The position numbers and the translations under genes are program-made. A stretch of DNA of 64,000 nt from Leucoraja ocellata (Eukaryota): assembly GCA_036785375.1 (NCBI GenBank), contig JAWMAR010000131.1, positions 558,001 to 622,000 of the forward strand. Reading direction: 5' to 3'. The notes below the pieces were generated by a model. The model was not told the DNA's origin. It saw only the letters and a program-made list of their open reading frames with translations, and made no database searches. Shown piece after piece: positions 51,243-63,683 of this stretch (within the stretch, counting starts at the first letter, position 1; every line of letters starts with the position of its first letter).

Positions 51243-52333
51243 AGATTAATATATGGACACATCATGCTCACGCTCAAAAGACTATTGCAGAACAAAGTAG
51301 TTAATAAATCCTTAACCATTCACATGAACTCAATTATACCCAAGTTGTCCCCAGTTTTCCAATAAGGAATTGAAAGAAGAAAAACAAAATTAACAAGTTT
51401 TTTTCAGAAAAAATAAATTATTGATGATTTCATTTTATCCACAACTGCAAAGTAACTGTTCTCAGGTCTCTAATAGCCAATTAGTAAGTGGGAAAGTTTT
51501 ATTTAATATATGCACACTTATGGAAAACATTAGATCATCAGTAACACTTCAATACACTGATAATTATGAAATGGCTCATTTGTAAATCAACTTTATTTCT
51601 TTACACCTTCTTCACCCCCAATACCACAAAGAATTGAAGTTTATTTTCTAAACTTCACCGAGAGTTGCTCGGGTTTGTACTGGTTTAGAGAATAAGTAAA
51701 ACAATCCGAACCAAAGCTGTTGGCAGCAATTCGTCTGTGCACATAGTGTCACCCAATTCAGCTGGAGCAATCTTCCCACACTTCAATTAGCTGAGAAAAG
51801 CAATTGCTATTATGCAGCTTATGCAATCTTTAACCACAATTAATTACTTTAAGTATTCAAACCCATAGGACAGATACTAATAAAATCTACCTAAATTTGA
51901 CTGCATTTTAATTACCAATACAAAGAGGTACCCACCATTTCAGTCTTATGATAATGCTAAGTGTGCAGTCAGGTTTAGAGGCCATGTTCTGGCTTTAGCC
52001 GTTGCCAAGGGGATGTTTAAGAAAATCAGGTAACGTTTACCTTGGATGGTGGTTTTCTCATACATGGGTGCAGAGTAATGGTTTTCCCATGACAGGGAGT
52101 TCTGCAGTGGTCGACAGTTATTCATGTCCAGCAGCAGAGCAGGGCAATGCCTGCTGACCCGACTACAGGTTGATGGCGTGTGCATGAGACGGGACCTGCA
52201 GCCTTCATTCTCAAATTCCGATGGCTGATTGCCAGTGAGTCAGGGTCTTCCTCAATTTAAGGCAAGGTGGTGAGTACTTGGTAGGGGTTTCATAACTGGG
52301 GTCCAGATTTGACTAATTGCATTCCATTTTGCA

Positions 52334-52648
52334 GGGTGGCACAATGGTGCAGCTAATAGAGCTGCTGCCTTACAGCGCTAGAGACCCAGGTTCGAGCCCA
52401 ACTTGGAGTTTGCACAGTTCTCCCTGCGACTGTATGGGTTTCCTCCAGATGCTTAGGTATCCTGCATCCTCAGAACATGCAGGTTTGTAGGTTAATTGGC
52501 CTCTAAATTCCCCCTAGTGTGTGCGCAAGTGGATGTGAAAGTGGGGTAACATAGAACTAGTGTAAATAGATGATCGTTGGTTGGCATGGATTCTGTGGTT
52601 CTATGGGGCCCATCTCCGTACTGTATCTCTAGACTAAACTAAATTAAA
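52334..52648 (+). mobile_element. HE1/V-SINE-type SINE
   Basis: ggtggcacaatggtgcagctaatagagctgctgccttacagcgctagagacccaggttcga…ctaaactaaat. Confidence 0.85.
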
Positions 52649-53128
52649 CATTTGCAATTACCTTCAGATCCAACGGGGCACCGTTGCATGGAAAAGACCA
52701 TCCATCAGCCATTCAGTCAATGTCTTGTTAACATGAGAGAAGTCGTCTTGGTTGGCAAGTCCCCACAAGAAGATGGTAGAGTTCCCACTTAACCCATCTA
52801 TTAAACACTCACATCCAAACTATCCTTCATTGAAATAAATGGGACCAGAGTTACCAACTACTGAACAATTATTCATATATCTTACTACACCAAAATGGGT
52901 ATACCATACTAAAATGTACCTTGAAAACAAATTAAATAATCCCATCAATCAATTGCAAATAAAGTAAGCAGCCTCAGATATGTGTATTGTCTGAGCAAAT
53001 GTAACTGTATATGTTCTAAATCAATTTAAAATACTTTTTTATTCACAGTAGACCATTAAGTAATGCAATCTTCAACTATTTGATCAAGAGAAGACATTGA
53101 CAAGTATTCAAACCACAATATCAACTCT

Positions 53129-53256
53129 GTCTGAAGGATCTCGACCCAAAATGTCACCCATTCCTTCTCTCCAGAGATGCTGCCTGTCCCGCTGAATTAT
53201 TCCAGTATTTTGTGCCTATCCTCTGTGTAAACCAGCATCTGCAGTACCTTCCTACG
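53129..53256 (+). mobile_element. PLE terminal-repeat remnant
   Basis: gtctgaaggatctcgacccaaaatgtcacccattcc…gcatctgcagtaccttcctac. Confidence 0.8.
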
Positions 53257-54040
53257 CAATGTTAACTGTTCTCTTTCCATAGACATTACCTTGCCTGCTA
53301 AGTGCATTGAGCATTTTTGGTTTTAACATAAATATTCCCGGGTTTGAAATCTTGAATTCTCAGCAAGATAATCCTACCTATTTACATTGAGAATGTGATG
53401 TTACCAAGTTCTGCATCACTATTCCACTCTTTGAAACTCAAACATTAACAAGAGAGTATGTGCTTAAGTGTTTATGAGTGAAGAAATTTATTTCCTCAGG
53501 AAGCAATCCAGTTTTGGAATTCTCAACCCCAAAAGAATTGTCGATTATCAATTTATGGTAGATTTGTAAGAATCTTTGGAATCTAAAGAAATAAAATGGT
53601 GCCGAGCTAGATCAGTCATCTTGCATTAAGGCATAGCAGATTTGACAGATTGCATAACATTCTGTTACTTCAATTCATTTTTGTTCTTACAAATGGCTTA
53701 GACACGATTTAAATTTAAATATTGTTTAAATGTTAAAGTGCAGTAAAATAATCATTGATATTAATTATGAAAATTATAACTTTGCATCGAATTTTCAAAA
53801 TAAATTAATTTGGCACTTTAGTAATTAGCATCTGTTAATCCTGGGTAAAATCGAGAAGCCAATGCAAACTAGGTGTACATATTGTAAATAATGTTGCTAG
53901 ACAGTTACCCTGCTGTGTGTTGATTGGTTAAAGTGTTAAGCCCCTGGCCAGTTTGTTTGGATTCCAGGGTAAATGTTGCATTATTCAAGTTAAATTAGCT
54001 TCCTCTAGAAGCTTTTCCTGCAACAATGTAAGGGAGATTC

Positions 54041-54431
54041 TGTTATTGATCTGTGTAACTGTCAATAATATATTGTTGTAATTTGTTATGTTTGATTGGA
54101 TTGTAAATAGACCACCCTTCTGTAGTTCGGCCCCTCAAGGTTCGGGGACCAATAAAAGGCAGCCCCCACGAGGTCCTTTACTAATCTTCTGGAAGAGCGC
54201 TTGGGACTGCGTGACCTTTTGGAGTTTTTCTGCTTGCACGAGGCCGAAGGGCTTGGCCAGGCAGATACAAAGATCGAACCCGCGGTTCTTAAGGTATCGT
54301 ATAGGGTAATTTGTTGTGCTATCCAAAATAAAAGGTTAGTTGTTCCAGTGCTTGAATCAGTGGTTTATTGACTGAACTAGACTGGGGCAGTGTGGGGGGG
54401 GGGGGAAAGAGCTTAGAAGAGCTTATTTACA
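54041..54431 (+). mobile_element. Solo LTR (Gypsy-like)
   Basis: TG…CA ends (tgtta…ttaca), flanks attc/cttc, TATA-like ataaaagg (~54152), AATAAA (~54327), CpG-retaining interior. Confidence 0.6.
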
Positions 54432-55761
54432 CTTCTATCGCCATTTTTTAACAAAATGCTTTAATGCTTACCTCAGTTCCAATATGAAGCAAGTACACAG
54501 ATGATTCATTGCAATCCAGTCATGGTACAACATACACATGGATGTTGGATTTTAAAAGTAAAATCAACAACCACCACAAAATGGTTAAGATTTCTACAAA
54601 TGTGACAAAAGCTCCAGACGTGCCAGGGTCAAAATATAGCTGGTGCACACATACATTTTGTGGCACTATGACAAACATTTCCCCTTCAAATAAGATTCGA
54701 CTGCACTGTTTTAAATTGGAAGCAAATATTACTCATACTTAGAAAGAAAATTAATGAAGAGATCAATTTTTTAATTTTTATAAGAGACATTATCCCAACT
54801 CCTTTAATAGAATTCATAATGTGAAATGATTCTGGGATTTGACGGGGAACAGTACAAGTTTATGTAGAAAAATAATTTATTTTTATTCATAATACATTTT
54901 TTTTAACATCCTAAACAGTTCCTGAGCCACGCAGTAGTGGATATTCCCAACGTAATTGCCTCCACAATAGAGGCCAGTTAGCTAACACTACACCAGAACA
55001 ATTGGCAAAATGTACACAAGGTGGACTCCTTGCACAGAAATCTTTTAAAATATGTTTCACGTCAGACCACACTTTAGAAACAAGTTTAAATGGTAAGACA
55101 CACATCAAGGGGACAGGAGACAGCCAGTTACAAACGTGTGAGTATGCCAATGGTACTCACCTGAAAACTCAAAAACTTTTGCAATAAGGCATAGCAATCG
55201 CGGATTTTAATTAAATTTTCATAGGCAGGACATGTGGAAAATTGTCAACGACCTCTCCCCCCTATATTTCAATTAGCTACACCAGAGGACCCAAACCCTG
55301 CTCCGTGGGGAAAATCTACTTTCATTAAATGCTGCATCCAAAATGATGCTCAAACTGAATCAGATGTCAGTGCAAGCAGTCTACGTGATGTTGGTACATG
55401 TGTAGCAGTTAAAAATAAAAATGGTTGAGGCTAGGTCCCAAAAATCAGATGATCAAATCCAATACCTATATTAGCCCAGAACTATAATGTACAAAGACAT
55501 GCAAGTTCAAGTCATTTTAAGGTTTTAAATTATTTCAGAAGTCAGTTAAACCTATGCATCATTTCAACATCTCCCATTATTGGCCTGAAACCGATTCAAC
55601 CAAGCCTGCAAGGTTCTAATTCCGTCAGTTCTTTATGTGGCCTCAAACTGTTGAAGATTAGATTAAAAAAAACAATCCAAATTGTATGTGGAATGAAGGG
55701 AGTATAGATGTGGCTGACCTAGAGTGAACTTTCCTGCAATGGTCCTGAAAATCATATTTCG

Positions 55762-55833
55762 CGTAGTGCATTTTATTTTAAACATGGTGGAGGAACAGAG
55801 AAATCCACCATGTTTAAAATAAAATGCACTACG
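55762..55833. repeat. Perfect inverted repeat (30-bp arms, 12-nt loop)
   Basis: cgtagtgcattttattttaaacatggtgga-ggaacagagaaa-tccaccatgtttaaaataaaatgcactacg. Confidence 0.95.
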
Positions 55834-56754
55834 TCTGGAGTATCGACACAATTTTAGTTTTTATCGTGTAAATTAAGAACCGTTGTCAAAAAGCCCCTGC
55901 AAACATAGAGTCGCATTAGAATCATCTTAAGTAAAAGCGAAAAATGTTGCAGATCAGGCAAAATATTTCAACTGTGAAGAGCATACCCTTTGATGAAAAA
56001 TAATTAGGACATACTGTATAAAGCCCCAGGCCAGTGTTGTAGCTTTCGAACAACTAAGAGTATGTACATAGCAGCTGAATTACTAAATCACCACCAGTTA
56101 GGTGTCTGACTTGCAATTCATGGTTCAGATATCATTACATCTCAGAACAGAATTCTACCAAATCCAAGCAGCACACGTACATGACACCCCCCCCCCCCCC
56201 CCCCCCATTGCCTTAGTACATTCAGCACTCAGCCTTAATTCACTGGGGGCTTTCTTGTCACAGTCTCATGAAGACAAATCCACAAGTTTCCATTTAGGAG
56301 CAAGGTTGCTGCCGACTCGTGTAGTGATTTGGGCCCATTCGGAAAAGTAGTTTATACAAATTCAGTCTTTCGTGGTGATTAAGACTAGTAAAATGCACTC
56401 GACACATAATCTTCAATGTTGTGCAGTGCAAAAGCTTTGAGATATCTTTACACTTTTCTGTTTTATTCGATAAACACAAGATCGATTGCCACATTTAGCA
56501 AGGGTCAGGGCAGTCCAACTTTTGTACAGACTAACATTAGCAGGTAGTGTACAAATCCCAGTCTGCTCCATGCAAAATGAGTACCTCCGAATTAAAGCCA
56601 ATTATGCCATGTACAAAGTTTTCAAAAAAACTCTTCAAAAGTACTTCGACAGTCATCATCAATTTCCATTCCAAGTAGGTACAATGGTAATAATAATTAG
56701 AATATTTAATAAACTCAACTTAAGTATTATCACTTTCACCTAGGTCATTTTTGT

Positions 56755-57011
56755 TGAAGATAGACCCAACAAGATGGGAGTAATTCAGTGGGTCAGGTAG
56801 CATCTCTGGAGAAAAGGAATAGGCGACATTTTGGGTCAGGACCCTTCTTCTGACTGAGTGGAAAGGGAAACCAGAATCTCAGAGTGAAGAAGGGTCTTAA
56901 CCCAAAATGTCACATTCCTTTTTTCCAGAAATAATGCCCGATCAGCTGAGTTACTCCAGCTTTTTGAGTCCATCTTCAATTTAAACCAGCATCTGCAGTT
57001 CCTTCCTACAC
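56755..57011. mobile_element. PLE terminal-repeat inverted pair
   Basis: Head-to-head copies with a ~30-nt spacer. Confidence 0.8.
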
Positions 57012-59042
57012 AGGCTACTTTTGTTTTGTTTTATTATATTATAGTTGCATATTCTCCATTCCCTACTTAACCAATCCCTGAATGTATACCCACTGTGAGG
57101 TTTATATTGTTACTGCTTTCAAACTAAGTAAGTTCAAAATTAAAAAAATGAATTAGATCTTAAAAACTCTAAAGCCCCAAATCACGTGTATTTATTTTAA
57201 GATTGAAAGAGTGGACCAGTAACATTTTACATCCCAGCAGCAGTTATAAGCAATATTTGTTTTATGGAATGAGTTGATAAAGCAAACGGATTTAAATTTC
57301 ATGAGTTTTATTACTCACATTTCAATGCTATTCCATCGATGGTGGATAAATCCTAGTGTACAAGCTCCCACCATCTTAAGACATATGCAAATGAATTGGT
57401 ACATTGTTTAAAGCTTGGCATATGCTCAATTAAATATTATGCTGCCTTATTTGCATTTGCTGGCGTATTGCAGAGCCTCTGATCAGGATCTTCAATCATA
57501 AAATATTCTATCCAATATATTTTCTGCAAATACTGTCTGTGATTATGGACTATTTTTATTCCAAACCTATATTTTTGCTGAAGGGAGAAACTAATGGACG
57601 TGTGCAACTCAACATGTCTTCAACTCAAAGTGTGCCTGAACACTTCTGTGAAAATTTACACAGTGGCAAATTTCAGAAAGCGACACAAATCTTGGCAGCA
57701 AACCCACTGGAAATTGGAACGATAGGCTGCAGCAGTGAAATCATTGGAAAATAAAATTTTGCACACAAACGGCAACAATAATTCCCGGGGAGAATAAAAA
57801 AAACTTCAACAGAACCAGAGATGTAAAACACCAAATGTATTCCAAAATTGAATGAATGTACATCAAACAATGGTACATTATAAATTAAAGACAGCATGAA
57901 ACACTTGTATGGTTAAACATGGTTTTAAGGAAATCAGAAAGGTCCAAACATGTAATAAATACAAAAAGAAAACTGAATTAAATAAGACACCTTAATATGC
58001 ATATCAGAGTGCGGCCAACTGCAAACTTCTAATATAGTAACACTGAGCGATCAAAACAAAAATCATGTATGTGAATTCCCTAAAAATGTCATTGCAAATG
58101 ATAATGTCCAAAATTTTATATAATAGAAATTAATGAAATTGAGCATGCACCCGCAAGCAATAATTTTATAATCTGGAATAATCAAGCAACTTCTTGCTTG
58201 GAATCAAGTATTTTCTGCACAACAATGTCAAAAATGCACCATAATAGTACAACTACAAAACATTTTCTCGCACAATTACATATGGCTCAGTCTTCTCCAG
58301 AGGTTGAGGTTGGTAAAAAGGAAAAAACATCAGAACCAATGGTCATAGGAGGTCAGTAGTGTCAACATTACAAACCCCAAGCAACTCAAAAAAATGCTCA
58401 GTATATTGGGCAGTTCTCTCTCTCCCCGCCCCCCAGAATATTAAGAGTTTGGGATCTTGGTAAAATGCATCACCATTCAGATACTTTACATGAAGTGTTT
58501 GGGCAAATATTTAAACCAAACACATACACGCGTGAACACATATTCTCCCACTGCATAGCTAATACTTTATTCATATCACCACTGGAATGTTGAAAGGGGT
58601 TTTAATGAATTTACTTTTATAAACCTTAGCCACCCATCAGACGAACAGCTATTAAACAGTTTGAAAAGTGTACATTTGTCCAATGGCTTTATTATGTCAA
58701 CAGCAGTTACGAGCTGGCGGACATTGCAACATTCTATGGTTGCTGCACATTCAAGATCCTTTCACTCAAAAACAAAGATTGCTTTGAACTAGTCTATTAA
58801 AATAAAACACCATTAGTTCAATTCTAAAGAAAACTAAATGCTAGCCAAAAGCTTCATTCACTTCATTAAAAACTGCCTGCAATCCTAAAGTATCAACCCC
58901 CTTCACCCAGTTGACCATACTTGTGAATAGCCAATTTAGCAGCCTAATGTACTTACATGTAAATGTTAGATTACCAGATTTACATTTATATAAAAAATAT
59001 CAAAAATCAAGTCTATCATCTACCTTGTTCCACAAGTTTTCA

Positions 59043-59183
59043 ATGGTTAGATTTAGCTCTTAGGGCGAAGGGAATCAAGGGATATGGGGAAAAATTTTGG
59101 ATGATCAGCCATGATCATATTGAATGGTGGTGCTGGCTCGAAGGGCCAAATGGCCTACTCTGGCACCTATTTTCTATGTTTCT
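59043..59183 (+). mobile_element. CR1 3' end
   Basis: ttagatttagctcttagggcgaagggaatcaagggatatgggg…gaagggccaaatggcctactc…ttctatgtttcta. Confidence 0.85.
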
Positions 59184-60781
59184 AATTCAAAAGATCCACA
59201 CATTACCCGTCAAAATAAAATTGTCTGAATTGTTTTTAATATAACTTCTGATTCTGGGTAAAGGACATATACATTGACAGGGATCCTCCCACTAGTGCAG
59301 TATGTACAAATGGCCTCAAACCTATTTTTTTTTACAGAATATTCTTGGTCACAAATCCCTCATGAACCAGGTAAGATATCGTAAATGTAGGCAAGACCGC
59401 CAAATCAATTACTAAAATCTTGAAATCCAATTGAATGCTTCAATAATCACAATTGTTTGCTCCTACCTAGCCAGCACAAGAGCAATATAGTGCATTTTAC
59501 TCTGGAACAATGAACAGCTTTGAAAATGTGGATTCCAAATAACTTTTGACCCTTGCTCTTAGTCAAACTACCTAATTCACAGAGTTTTGACTCCAAACTA
59601 GACCAAAACTGGATTACTCTGTCCTTTTCAGTAACCAAAGTACAATTATCATCTTCAATAAATCAAAATACAATTTACAAACAGGTTTATAATGTGCATT
59701 AAACATCAAAAGTAGAATATTGGGCATAAATGTGGCAAATTCAATAAACTAACCGTCTATAGTAGAATTACATGTTTAACTTTTCCATCACAAAGAACAT
59801 TACTCATTGTTTTACATGTACTAGGGCCATGGTCTTAAAAGTTCAATTCACTGAATTTTGATTAACACAACAAATCCAAGTACAGCTGTGATGAGCACTA
59901 CTTAAGATGGTAAAGCTTGGAACTGTTAATGCATGATTAGCAAATGTGGATACAATGCAATACTTGATCCAATTGAACAGATTTTGGTAGCTGCATTGAC
60001 TAAACGACAGATGCACTTACTGAAGTTGCCCATTCCACTCACTTATTTACTCATAAAATCACAGCACCAATTTTTGCTTTTGCCTCCAAAAGGTTGTGCC
60101 ATAAATGAGCTTGCACAAGATGGGACTGGTCAATAAATCTTTATTCAAAGCAGAGCACCGTTATACAGCAATACCTTCAGTTATTTCAAAGTAAAACTAA
60201 ATTCACCCAATACAATAATCGGAAATATTCAAATTATGAGTCCCATTATCCCCAATGTCTACTGAGCAAGACTTAATTTTTGGAAAATGAGATGAACACT
60301 CAGCATTAGTAGAATTTTAAACAGTGTTCAGCAAATTAAGATTTTACTTTAAAGAAGCACCAAAAAAAAAAAATCAGGTAAAATCAGCAGTATAATTAGT
60401 AGGTTCCCTCAACAAAAAGATGTTCATGCAATCCAGGCTTTTTCAATTAAAATCTTTCCATTCCTCTTCAGGATACCAATTTTGTTCATTGTAAAAGTAT
60501 TTAATCATGCTCAGTTTTACATTTCCAATCAAGAGTTATTTTTTGTTGCAATCTTTGAAACTAATAACTTGTGTGACATATTGGTTCAATCCCTGACCCA
60601 TTACGTTGTAATAATCCAATGTGTCACCTAGGTAAAGGGAAGGTCCAAGGAACCCACAATTTGGATACAATTAGCTGGTTTTATACAATTTATCCAAGAG
60701 TCTAGATGCTGGAATAATTATCCTTGCGAGAAAAAGTCATGACAAGGTAGTCCACGGTGCAGTTTTGTTGATAATTATGCA

Positions 60782-60890
60782 TCATTTTAACTGAGCCATG
60801 AGGGAAGTCAAGGGTTCATCATTCTGCACCACCTTAATGAACTGCTTAAAATCATGGATACGTGGAAACATGGTCTGAAATTGAGTAGGG
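60782..60890 (-). CDS. Candidate distal last exon (possible C-terminus PTQFQTMFPRIHDFKQFIKVVQNDEPLTSLMAQLK*) of an unidentified gene
   Basis: Acceptor ggtttctttag| (alternative atttcag| 16 nt inside); protein-like open frame; followed by a long UTR-like region. The frame is not proven. Confidence 0.45.
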
Positions 60891-61796
60891 CTAAAGAAAC
60901 CATTTATATAGTCAAAACACAAAGTAATTCAAATCATACAAAATCAAACTTCATTTTACACTAAATTTCTATACTGATATTCTGTCATTGTGTGCAAAAT
61001 AACTTTGAACATTATTAACATTAATAAGATTGGGGTTTTTGTTGCACGCTTGAGTATGATTTTTGAGTAGCTTCCACGTTTCAGATCAATACAATGCATT
61101 TTAGTTTGTCTACCAGATTCACACACATTTTCACTATTGATTATCAAATGCTGCACTTTTGCAGGGCACAGTGCAACCATAATTTGTGATTGCTTGGACC
61201 TCTCATACAGCCTCTAAATACACTGTTGGTGCAATTTAACCAAACTAAGACTTAATGTCACACCCAAATGTAAAATGAACTAAACAATGTTAAGTATTGC
61301 TTGCCACAGCTGTTCCACCCAAGACTAGATAGTATACAAAAAGAGTTGGAAGACCGAAGCTTGAAGCATTACCACAGGTTATACAATTTATTGCTCAATT
61401 TTCCAACGTAGAAGAAAAGCCTCAGTAAGAGTTACACAATTTCCCAGAAATATTAAACTTCAGGTACCAAAAATCTGTTCTCTGCTTGAAAGATCTTTCA
61501 AAACAAAAAGAGCCCAACATTCCAGAATTGATGGCCCATACACTAGTGCCAAGTAATCAATATAGTTATTGCAAAAACAGAAACACTTGATAATTTTTAA
61601 TTAGAAATGGTACAATTTCAAGTTCAGAATCAAAATGGAATACAAAGCAATTTTATATATATTTATATAGTCTCCGATTACATTTTTAGGCATGAATAAA
61701 AAATGCAATCCAGAATAAATGGAATAGTAGTGTTCTATACATGTACAAATCACAGCTTATTGGATGTGCATTCTGTACTTCGAATGTGATTAGATT

Positions 61797-61875
61797 TCAC
61801 CAGTGGACCAGCTGACACCCCTTTTGAACCTTCAGTTTTGATGCAGGAGTATCCCATTCACAGCGTTCAACAGAT
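61797..61875 (-). CDS. Candidate proximal alternative last exon (e.g. SVERCEWDTPASKLKVQKGCQLVHW*; frame unknown)
   Basis: Branch ttctaac, tract ttttgtgtgctcttaacct and TAG acceptor; AATAAA on the - strand at 61387-61392. Confidence 0.35.
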
Positions 61876-62827
61876 CTAAGGTTAAGAGCACACAAAACTG
61901 TTAGAAAATTGCCAATGGCCAATCACTATTTCCAAATAACGCCAAAAAATCTAAAAATTCATGGAGTTATACTATTAGCACAGAGCTTCATTGACATTTA
62001 GAACATTTAAAAAAAATAAGCTTGTTGGAAGTAAAAAAGCCATCCATAATTGGGTTTTCTTTGTTTCCCTCTTATACCTTCCGATGAAAATGCACAACGA
62101 CGAATCAAGCAAAAACCATGGATTGAGAATGAACTGCCAGGGAAATAGTCTCCAGCTTTTTTTCAATTTGCATTTAAATCGTTAAAGACCTGATAGATTG
62201 AAATTTCAAGAAGTCGTAAAGTGACATGATTTGCTTCCAAATTACCTCCTCAATTTAGGGGCAATTTGGACATACAATGAAAGCTGGCAATGCTATTGAT
62301 TAATTCATTCATGTATATGATAAAGACAATGCATCTTGTGGGAATCACTGAAAAGGCCAACATTAATTATCTATCTCTAATTACCCTTAGGGAAGTGGTG
62401 GTAAACCACCAAACTCTTTCCATTGAAGGTAATCATTAAAGATTGGGCCAAAGAGCTTATTTCTATGATCTGTGACTATGACTCAAGATAGTTTGGTGTA
62501 ATGTTCCAATAACAATGAAAAAGGTGCAGAACACGTTTCCAAGTTATAATGGAATTAAACTTGGGGTAGTGGTATTCCAATACTCCTACTGCCCGTCTAT
62601 CCTAATGCAAAAAAGGTCATTGGTTTGGTAGGTGCACAAGACCAACTAGAGTGCATTTTGTAGATGGTAAGCACAGCAACAAGTCTGTTAGTGGTGACAT
62701 TCTACATGTCTAGAATGTTAGGAGTGATACCAAATGAGAAAAATGCAATATTACAGCTCAATCAATATATACAACTGAATGGATTGAAGTCATTACAATA
62801 TCAAGTGATTGTATTCCATGCAATTAC

Positions 62828-62950
62828 CTTCCATTAACAGGCTTCAATGGGTCATGTACTCTTTGTCTAAAGATCCACCAAGAGTGTGATTAATGCTCCG
62901 CTTTTGTGACGAACTGTTAGAATGTTGTAGATATTGGAGCGACCTCTTCC
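62828..62950 (-). CDS. 123-nt stop-containing exon of an unidentified - strand gene
   Basis: Strong acceptor tttttgttttttacatttttttaaag| and donor gaag|gtaatt; longest frame xKRSLQYLQHSNSSSQKRSINHTLGGSLDKEYMTH*. Confidence 0.55.
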
Positions 62951-63069
62951 CTTTAAAAAAATGTAAAAAACAAAAATTTGTTAAAAGCTGATGAAATCGC
63001 CATCCATTGCCAAGTTTTCAACTTAAAGTTATTAATTGGCCATCGCACACACTTTGAGATGATAAATGT

Positions 63070-63276
63070 GTAGGAAAAAACTGCAGATGCTAGTTTAAAT
63101 TGGTAGACACAAAAAGCTGGAGTAACTCAGTGGGACAGGCAGCATCTCTGGAGAGAAGGAATGAGTGACGTTTCGGGTAGAGTCTGAAGAAGGGTCTCGA
63201 CCTGAAATGTCACACATCCCTTCTCTCCAGAGATGTTGCCTGTCCCGCTGAGTTACTCCAGCATTTTGTGTCTACC
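63070..63276. mobile_element. PLE terminal-repeat inverted pair with 16-bp TSD
   Basis: ttgagatgataaatgt (63054-63069) / ttgagacgataaatgt (63277-63292). Confidence 0.9.
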
Positions 63277-63683
63277 TTGAGACGATAAATGTCAAGTTAC
63301 CGATACAACTGACCAAAGATTAACATGCTATTTGAATCTGGTTCTTTTCCTTTTCCCATCTAACTAAAAAAAAAGTAGAGAATGCTTATATTCTAAGATT
63401 ACTTCGAATACAAGACCCTAGATTTCAATATATGCCCACGTTACACTTATTAAAAGACAAGGATTTTATGCAAATCTAATTCTCCAAAAATAAAACAAAG
63501 GAACACTTTAAGACATTTTGAATTAAATTGAGTAACAATCTAGGTTACCTTTTCAAAAGAGGAGAGTGTCCACAAAACAGTATTCTTGATATATCAGCAT
63601 TAAAATATTGTTTTCATTCATTTTTAATACGCTTACTCGCCTATCGACAGTTTAAACAAAAATAGAGCAAGATAAACAACTGG

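Larger units (their letters stand above)
54860..60781 (-). other. Probable long 3'UTR of an unidentified - strand gene
   Basis: ~6 kb AT-rich and repeat-poor, U-rich on the - strand; tandem AATAAA on the - strand at 54876-54887; follows the candidate last exon. Confidence 0.5.

Noticed and set aside
56186-56206. Poly-C run (also poly-G at 5281 and 54394, poly-T at ~36043)
   Set aside because: Simple homopolymers; length is unreliable and no function is supported.
570-63276. Recurrent ~30-bp palindromic repeat, superficially CRISPR-like
   Set aside because: Dispersed in both orientations, no regular spacers, eukaryotic context; explained by PLE terminal repeats.
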